This document shows, piece after piece, positions 38,331 to 48,621 of a stretch of 48,621 nt of DNA; within the stretch, counting starts at the first letter, position 1, and each line of letters starts with the position of its first letter. The notes beneath the pieces are model-generated. The model made no database searches. It saw only the letters and a program-made list of their open reading frames with translations, and was not told the DNA's origin. The position numbers and the translations under genes are program-made. Origin of the DNA: Girardia tigrina (Eukaryota); the NCBI GenBank assembly GCA_001938485.1, contig MQRK01180138.1:3534-52154 (forward strand), given 5' to 3'.

Positions 38331-38799
38331 AATAGTTAGTAATCAAAAGACACGCCCGTATCGTTTATTTAAACAAATGGAAAAAATCATATTGTGTTCA
38401 GTTATTTCCGATCTCATTCAAACAAAGTTTTTTTATAAACCCCAGAATTCACACTACCGATCATTAAATTCACAAACCATTTATACGCATAAAAGTTTTA
38501 GATTTATAAAAAAATTTTAATTAATAATTCCAAATATTTGACAATCAAACAATTATAATTTACAGAATTTTACAATTAAAAAATTATTTTTTAACTCGAT
38601 TTTTTTAAATCCCTGCAGGGAGATAAACGAGTTGTTACTGTGTCTCTCTGTCAAAATTGTCAACCACCTTCTGATATGTCTATAAATCAATATCCGACAG
38701 TCTACAATACCAATAAAAATTTAAGGAAGTAGGAGATGATTTGAGATGAAACAAAATAATTACTCGTGGACCTTCGCTATTCGGCTTTCTACCAACAAA

Positions 38800-39100
38800 C
38801 TAATTAGAAAACAATTTAATGAAGCCTACAAAGATCTGCAAAATTAAGAAAGCGTTTTCTATTACACAAATAATCACATAACCAAGAATGATCTTTCAAT
38901 GTAACCTTTCACATTTCGGTGAATAAACCTCTATAAAGGGTGTGATGTAAGGAACAAATGAAACACATGAAGAAATGTTTCGCCAATTTTGATACTCTGA
39001 TCGTCATCTTCACCAATAAAAAAATATTCATCATCGAAGAAAGGTTTTACTCTCAAAGTTTGTTGCTCCGAAGCATGTTTAGGTGAACAACATCCTGTTA
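38800..39100 (+). mobile_element. maT/DD37D-like transposase scrap
   Basis: IFTNKKIFIIEERFYSQ resembles the LFTDEKIFTVE..FN.QN motif. Confidence 0.5.
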
Positions 39101-40544
39101 AATTTTATCTCAGCTCAAAAATACTCAAAGTTGACATAAACATGATTATCATAAATTTCATATTTTTAATGTATTTTTATTCCAAATGGAATTGGAAAGG
39201 TGAAAGAAATGTGTGAGAGCATCGACTCGTATTTATCGTAATTGTACTTTATAAATAATTTTAACATAACTTAAATGTTTTCTGTTGAAATTGAACATTT
39301 TACGTGAATTAAAAAATGGAATAATGGAGTCTTGATGGAGTCAAGGTATAGCCACAATATAAATTAAAGTCTACTTATGACGATATTTATTCGAGAGTCG
39401 TCACATATTTCCATTTCATCGGTCCACAAAAGCATTTCTGGTTTACGGAAGACAAATAAAAAAGTAGACATAAAAACATTTAGTTAATAAGTAAATTTTT
39501 TTTCGCTTCATCAAACAAATAAACTCATTAAGTGGAGATTTATTCAAATTTAATTACCTAAACAATTATATTGGATTTAACTGCTTTAAAAATCCAATTT
39601 TGCTTCGCCGTAGTTTCCCATTGCTTTTATCACAGTGACACCGTGCTCAAAGATTAAGCATTTACCGTTGCTAGGAAACTATCATAAGTAAAGTTGACCA
39701 CCTGACGAGAACTGGTTACGAAAAGGGTAATGAGAATGACTAAATTAGTTTATGATAGTATCAGTTGGAATTTGATTTGAATATTTCTATTAGAAATTAT
39801 TTTAAAATTGAAAAAACTTCAGAATTTTCTTAAAATCATCAACGTTAATGATTTTTTTATTAATTATAATTATAGAAAAATTATTGAAACAGGTTTTTAT
39901 ATTAAAAATTTTTTTATTTGCGAAATATTTTAAATAAATAAAATTGCACGGAAATGGTAGTGTAAGCTAAATGATTTAAAATCAGAGACTCTGTCCCCCT
40001 TAAGGGAAATGAAATGTAATATGTCTGAAGATCAACAATCGAAGATTGTGCATTTCTCAAGTAGACCTTTAATAAAATACTGATGTAGTGCATGATCGTA
40101 CATAAACTAACAAAGACAAGCTGTCATTTTTCCTTATGTTTCAAAATTTAAAATTATAAATTTTCTATGTTTATATTTATTTATAAACTATTTTCTCTCC
40201 TTGCCTAAAGACGACTCAAATCAACATTTTCCTGTTTTATTTATTGAATAAAAATCGCTGAAATATTTATTGCTTTAATATTATATATATATGTGTGTGT
40301 GTGTATATAATTAAATTAAAAAAAGTTTGAATTTAAAAAACTGTTTGTGCATTTTGTTCGTTTAAAAAAGAAAAGGGAAATTAATTGTTTTTGATGAGTT
40401 ATTAAAAATCGATTTACTAGATTGACCGAACTGTGTCGATGTAAGTGCCAGTTTCAAGTCAGAATAAAAAAAGAGTGAATGAAATGGTTAACCAATCAGA
40501 GCGAGCCTTGAGCCAAACATGATTTTCACAATTAAAACAATCAG

Positions 40545-40890
40545 AATTCGGTCGAGTGAAAATTTGTCGAACATTAATTTTGAAATTCTGTCGATTGAGA
40601 TATTGTCGAACGTTAATTTAAATATATATTTGATCGTAAATTTGAAATTTTCATCAAACGTTGAAACCATTTAAAAATCTTTTCAAACGTTAAAACAATT
40701 TAAAATTTGTGTCAATGTTTGAAATTATTAAAAGTTTGTCAAAAATTTTTAATCATAGAATTTTTGTAGAACAATAAATTTGATTGAAAAATTTGTCGAA
40801 CTTATTAAAATTTTGTCGAAGGATAATTAATTATTGAGATCTTGTTGAACTTTTGATTATTTAGAAATATATTTGAACAATTAATTTTTA
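40545..40890 (+). repeat. Degenerate ~20-30-bp minisatellite with core (a)atttgtcgaa(c)
   Basis: About ten irregular copies of ttgtcgaa/ttgtcaaa/ttgtagaa/ttgttgaa. Confidence 0.7.
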
Positions 40891-41219
40891 AATTTTAAAT
40901 TAAAAATTGTACTTAATCAGATATATCAAAAATGACCATTCGATAAGCGAGTACAGTCTCCATAATAAAATGTGTATTGCACGAACACAAAATCTACAAG
41001 CTTCAATTCTGTCCACTGTAACTCTACCACTACCACCGTTCGGTCTTTGGGGTATCCTTGGGATCGGATGGAACAAGAAAGCCTACAACATGTTCATTCA
41101 TCAGCATACATATTAAAGAACTTTAACTTAAGCCAATTTATTCAGACTAATTTATAAAATACAAACCAACAAAACTTATACCTATATCCTGAAATCACAA
41201 ATACCGTGAAGTATCGTAT

Positions 41220-41630
41220 TTATGTATAAGCCATATTTGTGAGATTTTAATTTTAATAGACTTCCTGGATAGGTCAAAAAACGATATAATATTTCAATGA
41301 AGCTTCCATTAATACCAGCATGCTTTCTCGATCGGAAAACTACGGTAAAGAACAATTTCCGGATTTAAACATTCATAATTATCCTTGTATTGACTTATCC
41401 CTGTCGTTTTACATCCATTTACACAACTAACCCTTGATTTGCAGGAATCACAGGTAACATACGGAGCCCATAAGTTATCCTGATCTCCGATAAACATCTA
41501 AAAGCATCTCTCAAATGTTTCCGAATATTTAGCGCCTTTGGAAATCGTACATTTCAATTGTTTCGGACCAATATAATTTCCGCAAACATAGCGAAACGAA
41601 TCAGCAGATAACTTACAATGTCTACTCGTC
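41220..41630 (-). mobile_element. Chapaev3-like (CMC) transposase N-terminal remnant
   Basis: CKLSADSFRYVCG...IGDQDNLWAPYVTCDSC matches the C..PD.FCYICG / GDQDK.WAPH..C..C signature as I recall it; the family assignment is from memory. Confidence 0.6.
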
Positions 41631-43412
41631 GAAATATTAATCAAATATTTAAAGTTTTATCTAAAAACCAAAAAAAATATAATTATTATTATAGTGTTTG
41701 CATCAAAGACTTAAAGTTATTATATTATAAATGTGGGTATAAATTAAGAAATGTTATTTCTTTTTACTGGCCGACAGCTTATATCAGCAACAAAATAAAT
41801 ATTACCATTGTAATCAGAACACCTTTATTTAAAATATAAAAATAAAAACTTTGAAAACCCCAAATTTAATGTTGGGTGCTGTAATCTTACGTAAATGTGA
41901 AACACTCTCTAATTCTAATTACAATTTTTATCTATAACTCCGTATAAGGAAATTCATATTTAATAGATAAATTATATTTTGGTTTTTATCGTCTGATTTT
42001 ATGATTTGTTTGAGAAATAAACTAATGGATTTTCTTTGAACATAAACATCATTTTAAAAATCGTTAAAATGCTTTTAATTACAAGCTTTTTTAAAAGAAA
42101 TTTTCGACTTAAAAATAAGGTTATTTTAAATATAGTATTTTTAAATAAATATATTGATGGATAAATTAAAATTAAAATAAATTATGAAAATTCAATATTT
42201 TAAAAGTATAAAATTAGAATATTGATGAGGTCAGTCAACAAAAACCATGCATTATTGCTCGCCCATTTAAAATCTAAAGGACGAAAACCATGCGAGTCAT
42301 GTTTTAAATTTTGAATTTTTTGAAAATTTCTAAGTAAAATAAAATGTCGGAACAAAATATAAATTCCTCACCGAGTCTTTTTCAATAAACTAATAATAAA
42401 CTATTTGTACTAAACGTTCTTTGTCAATAAAAGAATGTCGATATTAAAATATGATAAAAACACAATGGCGTTAACAGCAAGAACATTTAAAGTAGAATGA
42501 AAAAAAATAAAAAGTTATACAATTAATTTACTTATTATTGCAACTATGACTAGTTAAAAAATTCAGAAAACAAAAATACTTGTTCCTGGAAAATGAAATT
42601 CTACATAAGGATCCAGGGAGAATCAACAAGGTTCATCCTCTTCAAGAGTAAAACTTATTGAAAGCTCTAAAAATAACTATGTTTATACACCTAAACATCG
42701 ATGCAATTTAAATCTTTTCTGCCAAAAGAGTATTAAATGTAAAGCAACAGTTTATTTTTTTTTTTTAAAATATTTTTAAAATAAAACTTGTTTTTACTAA
42801 ACAAAACTTTTACTTTCCTCTTAAACAGAAATATATTTGTTACAAGTTTTAATACTTAAACAACAAATCAGTTTATGTCTTTAGTTCAAAAGATGTGATA
42901 CAAAGGAAACAATTAGTAAATATTTATCTTTCTTATACTATAAATAAATAATTCTTATTGAAACTATATTCTCTACTTTAAAATAAGATATTCTTACAAA
43001 CCAATTTATGCTCCTAAGAAACAATTGAAACATCAAACTAGCAATTAATAATTATTAGATACGACCTCATTTAAAATGAATAATTAAAGTTTACATATGT
43101 TTTTACATTTCTTTTTAATAATACAAATTACTGAATACAACATTATCTCAAATGCAAAAATATACAAATTTCAAGACGGCTTATCTAACAACTAGTATCC
43201 ACCATCAAGACTTTACCTGGAGCATTTGAGTAACCATTTATTATTACACAATTCACGACATGAACATCATCACGTGGATCTTCTATCGATGAGGTAGATT
43301 TTTAAACATTCACAACCAAAACCAAAAGAGAATTTGTATCAAACAGAATATTTGTCTGAATTTTGATTGGATAAAAATAACTTAAAACACTAGAAAAACT
43401 TTTTTTTAAATA

Positions 43413-44363
43413 TTAGGTTCGTCGAAAAATAATGGCGGTTTTTGAGCTTTATACTTTGTTTATCTACTTTGATATGTATATAAGTTTAAATGCATTAGTG
43501 TTAGATATTATTTGAAATCTTATGCCTAGCTGTATATTCCTATAGCCATTATTAACACATTGCTGTGATTTTTTAGAATATTTACGGTGCTAAATTAATA
43601 ATGGAAAAAATTAAAATTCGAGCAATTTTCATGTACGAATTTAAACTGGAGAGAACTAAACAATCAGAGAACTTGCAGATGGGTTGGGAATTAGTCATTC
43701 AACAGTCCTGGATCATTTAAAACAACTTGGAAAAATCAAGAAACTTGATAAATGGATTCCACATGATTTGAATGAAAAATCAAAATCACTTTCCAAAACC
43801 GAAACTAACACCCCATAAGGTTATGGTGACAGTTTGGTGGTGTGATGCTGGAATCATCCACTATAGTTTCTTGAATCCAGGTGAAACAATCACAGTGGAG
43901 AGTTACTGTCATTAAATTGATGAAATGCATAAAAAATTGAAAACCCTTTGTCCGGGATTGGTCAATCGAAAAAGTCCCATCCTTCTTCATGCTAACGCTA
44001 GACCTCATAATTCAAATATGACTCTTCAAAAGCTTAATGAGTTGGGCTATGAAATCATGCTTCATCCACCATATTCACCAGACCTCTCACCAACGGACTT
44101 CTTTTTTTTCAGGCATTTGTACAACTTCCTACGTGAAAAAATTTTCAAAAACCAAAATGATGCTCAAAATGCTTTCCAAGAATTCGTCGCTTCGAGAACC
44201 GATGCATTTTATGCTGATGGAATAAAACAACTTGTTTCTCGTTGGTAAAAATGTATTGATGCCAACTGTTCATACATAACTTTTCATAAACTTTTGTTTC
44301 TGTGAATTTGCACGTCTTTGAAGCTTGTGTCCCAAAACCGCCATTATTTTTCGACCAACCTAA
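43413..44363 (+). mobile_element. Internally deleted mariner (DD34D, cecropia subfamily-like), 951 bp, with TA TSD
   Basis: TA|TTAGGTTCGTCGAAAAATAATGGCGGTTTT...AAAACCGCCATTATTTTTCGACCAACCTAA|TA; KKLDKWIPHDL, LLHANARPH and HPPYSPDLSPTD motifs; the first catalytic D region is deleted. Confidence 0.97.
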
Positions 44364-44639
44364 TATACTAATATTTTAATTTATTTGTTTTTAAATTATA
44401 CTAAAATATTTAAAGAAAAGTAACTTAAAAGCAAACAAAACTTTCGTCTTTAAAATGAAAAATAATTTTAAATTCCAATTTTAATATATAATAATTAAAT
44501 AAATATATTTACAAATGATATATAAAAAAATTAGTATAATAAATAAATAAACATTTTAAAAATGACATAAAAATATGTAGTTAAATAATCAAATTTTAAC
44601 ATGATTTCCTCCGCACAATGTTAAATGAAAATATTTAAC

Positions 44640-45000
44640 ATTATGACAGCTTTGCTATTTCTGTTTTAAATGTTTATAAATGGTTTTGATGTCTGATCAA
44701 TATTGAATCGCAAAACTGTCTTTCAGAATGCGTAACAAAATTCGAAATCAGAATTGCAAATTTATCATTTACATCATCTGATTTTCTATTCTGTCACGAC
44801 TTGAAATGCTCACAGACCTTTTCTTAAATATTCTAGCATTCCAGTTAGTCAATTAAAAATCCAACTAGTAATCTCACTGTACTCAATGATATGTTTTCTT
44901 GAGACACAGCATTCTATTGCAAATGTGATTAATATTTCCTCATTATTCGTCTGATGGTGCATGCCGCGATTTTTATGATTTTCACACAATTTATCAAAGA
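44640..45000 (-). mobile_element. Possible pogo/Tigger-like remnant
   Basis: FNIDQT motif near 44690-44710; otherwise decayed. Confidence 0.3.
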
Positions 45001-45596
45001 AATAGATGTCTAGATTTGAATTTTTGAAAAAAATTAATATCCGAAATCCCGTGGGTTCAGGTTGTGACAGTTATCTTGAAGAGTGTAGAAGTCTCATAAT
45101 TTTGAGGTATACATAGCAAATTTTACCACTGACATTTGATCATAATGATGAAAGCCGCAAATAAATTAAATATATTGATAATATAATACCGATTAAATAA
45201 TATGGAATTTATATTATCCAAATGAAGAAAGAGAAGGGAATGATGGAAGACAGAGTGTTGCACAGCGAAAGAAACAACGTTGCGGGTCCACAGACAGATG
45301 TTTATCAAGTTTGACAGGCTGGCAAGTTTCAGCAAATCTTCCAAACATTCTAAAAGTATAAAATTGATGAAGTTTTTATCAAAAGAGGTCTGTGGCATTG
45401 AAAACTATTGATTAATGTAATTTATTGATAATGAGATTGTATGCAAAACTTCAGCTTTCTTTAATACCACAAATGAACCGAAAATTTGATCACAAGACTT
45501 AAAAAGAAGTGTATCATATATATAGACAAGGTGATATAATATGTATTGTAATCTTTTTTAAACTTATACGGAAGCGAAATTCTTCCGATGGGGAAA

Positions 45597-45696
45597 CAAA
45601 CGTAAGAAAAGTGCGACTTTTTCCGATTCGCTTATCAATTTGATACTCGACATCGAAATTGATTTTCGGTCAAACGCGACAATCGATATAATGCAC
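45597..45696 (+). repeat. 100-bp direct duplicate of about 46277-46376
   Basis: caaacgtaagaaaagtgcgac...cgatataatgcac is present twice with about 5 substitutions. Confidence 0.93.
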
Positions 45697-46064
45697 CGTC
45701 AGTAAATGAAAAATGTAAAAGTAAAAACTTCGGCTGTACAAATTACTTTCATTAAAATGTACATGAACAATAAAATACGCATATAAAATAATCCTTTTAC
45801 GTAAATATGAATAAATTAGTCTCATGGGAATGAAATAAAATAGAAATTCTTTGGTTACTTTACTGAAAGATTAGTCAATACAAAAAAACATATATAAGTT
45901 CGCAATGCTTCCATTTTGCATCAGATTTCCATTAAGGCACTTTGTCAACAATCCTAAATACAGTCATGACGAAATTAGTGTACTTGATTATGTGGGAAAC
46001 TGACTCATAGTTATCCGGACTCATAGTGATGCACTCCCCTTGGTTCAGTATATGTTATAACACA

Positions 46065-46620
46065 CTATCGCGACAACACGAATTGATGACCCAAAACAAA
46101 CGCAGACAATAGCAACAAAACGATAACGGAAAACTGATAATTGAATCTGTCAATCGATTCATGAAGTCCAACATTTTCAATAACGGAAAAATATGCATCA
46201 GTTATCGTTTGTATCGGCAACAGTGCTTTGTTCAAATGAAACACAAATCGTTTGCCGTTATTCGGACACAATTCACAAACGTAAGAAAAGTGCGACTTTT
46301 TCGGATTCGCTTATCAATTTGATACTCGACATCGAAATCGACTTCTGGTCAAACGCGACAATCGATATAATGCACTGTGTGTTCTTTGACGTTCATCATG
46401 GAACATTGGATTTGGACGTATTCCCCGATTTCATCAACAAATTTGTCTTCAAAATTTATAAATTCTTCGACGGTTTTATATTCACATAGTTTTAAAAATG
46501 CAGCGATTTTTGTCGCGATCGTTAAATAATTTATCGTATCAAATGTATCTATGCCCATCGTTTTCAAAAAGAGAAACAAAATTGACGACTATCTTTCTTT
46601 GTTTTTCATAAAAAGTTTCT
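46065..46620 (-). other. CpG-rich island with broken coding-like frames
   Basis: Minus ORFs 46349-46579 and 46065-46271 are in different frames; there is a competing + ORF 46193-46489; no confident domain. Confidence 0.35.
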
Positions 46621-48621
46621 AACTTTTCTGTACTCTTTCATTTACAATCAGATAATCGAAATTCTAATTTCGCAAATTCAGTGATTTATTTATCGCTTTG
46701 ACACGAAATACACAATTTCAAATATTTGAGAACAATCTAATTCACAACAAAACGAATAATACGGCGACGTACAGGAATTTTATTAAACTATCACAAAATC
46801 AATTCAAAAATTCAAACTTTATTGAAAACACAATTACTTCGAATAAACAGACGAAACTTTTTTAACAATAAATTACACATATATTAGCAATCCCATTCAA
46901 TTAGGACTAAAAGAATGAATTCGTCAATTTGGAACTCTAAAAGATGATTTCTGAGGCATAAAGTTTATGAAATGATTCATAAATTTCTGAGGGAAACAAT
47001 TCTAGGAAAGTGTAACATCATTTTTCAAATCTATTATCAATATTATAAATGTCAAAAGAAAAGATAAACATTCAGTTGCTCTAAAAGCTATATCAATGTT
47101 AAAAAAACGTTTACAATCTTAAAATAAATATTTTTTTCACAACATATATTAATGTCTTATTTTATAAAATGTTTAAAATATTAAACTATTTGATCTCCTT
47201 TTTCAAAAAAAATAATTCCTTTTAAACTTTCTGCAAAAAAAGAATGAAAGTGAATGTGATATCCAGTGCAATTACCATGCGTTACAGTATTAGTTGGATT
47301 TTATAATACCGATATATATATAATTGCGACTGTTTTCATTGCCAAATAGTTTTTTCACTATTTACGAATTCCTAGGAAACTTCTTACATATTTTGACTTT
47401 TCAGAAGACTTTTTAGTATTTATCTTTGACATATCTGGAAAATTTAGTTTTGAGTTGTTCAAAAGATAATATATGTATTTTTAAATGCAAATATGTTTAT
47501 TTTTATGAATGTTGTTAAAAAAAACATGTAAAGTCTTTTACGCATTTGTTTTTTATAAAAAAGTGTTTTGTTTAAAATGATTAAAAAACGAAAACTAATT
47601 ACATAATATTTTCAATCAATAAGATATAATTATCATACTCGTTAATTATTTATTCCATTACGATTATAATATTCGAGATTATAATATTGAAATCAATCTT
47701 CAATATCTGTTGCTTTTTTCCGTTTATTCCTAGACCTACAGTTTTGGCTAGGTTCTAGTACCAGTATTACATAATGCTGTTCTTATGACTTCAAGAAACT
47801 AAAATTGTAATTCAGTTATATTGCAGTTTGTTCTATGATTACTAAATTTTTTCATGTTATTAAAAGCCTCTTGGTGCCACTACTATGTAGAATTACATTC
47901 TATAGGAACATAATTATCCTATTATTTTTTAAAAAGATGGTTTAATCTTTGAATCTTCCTCCGTCTCAGCCTGATATTGTGTATTATGTGATTTGATTAA
48001 TGCGAAATATTTATCTCCATAAATCGTATTCATTATTTATATCTTATTTGGCATAGCAAAGTCTTGTCTCTCATTAACTAGATTTAATTTTCTAAAATCG
48101 AATCAAATTCTGGTAATATTCTTTCCTATCTTACACAGATCATCATTGTATTCAATGGAGAATTGTATTCACAATTTTAAGTGATTTTGAACATTAACAG
48201 TTACCTCATCATTTTAGTGATAAGTAGTAAATAATTTTTATTACGAACAAATTAAAACAAATTTTCTACTTTCTTTATTTGCCTATGATTATTTCTAAAC
48301 AATTTTTAACTTTGAAATCCCGATAAATGTTTAAAGACTTAAACTTATTATCTTTTGAAAAACACAAAATTAAAAATAATATTTAATCTAATTTCAACTT
48401 AATCTTTTTTATTCTAACATTATATTCTAACAATATTTAATTTTCAACTATTAAAAGAATTTAATTACCAAATCATTTGTAGCACGCGAAAAGTTTATTT
48501 TAAAAACAATGTTTAATTGATAATATTCAAACAAAATATTTATCAAAAAAGCAAATATTAAATATTTTAAATAATTAAAATATCTAATATCCAACACTCC
48601 CACCAGATTCGTCCACAGAAG

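Noticed and set aside
45123-45398. 91-aa minus ORF as a host gene
   Set aside because: No recognisable domain or splice support; other frames are broken.
47729-47760. Helitron 3' end (cctag...ctagg then CTAGT)
   Set aside because: The stem is only 5 bp, the spacing to CTAG is too short, and there is no linked 5' end.

Overview
This is a very AT-rich eukaryotic window, probably animal. A planarian-like genome is plausible, inferred from the (TA)n tracts, a cecropia-subfamily mariner and Penelope elements. It is mostly a transposon graveyard. It holds four Ty3/Gypsy remnants (one internally deleted with both LTRs, PBS and PPT) and three Penelope-like GIY-YIG remnants. It also holds an RTE-like LINE endonuclease, a C2H2 zinc-finger remnant, about ten Tc1/mariner copies (DD34D, DD34E, DD37D, DD41D-like), a non-autonomous FLYWCH MULE, and hAT-, Chapaev3- and Helitron-like scraps. 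No intact host gene could be identified. The best signals are a complete minimal type I hammerhead ribozyme fold at 35074-35120 at the 3' end of a Penelope element, and a long-TIR Tc1/mariner whose catalytic spacing counts as DD47D. Also notable are near-perfect ~90-bp foldbacks in two Penelope copies and three unexplained CpG-rich islands with coding-like frames. I cannot claim a wholly new system from sequence alone. All translations outside the ORF track were done by eye.
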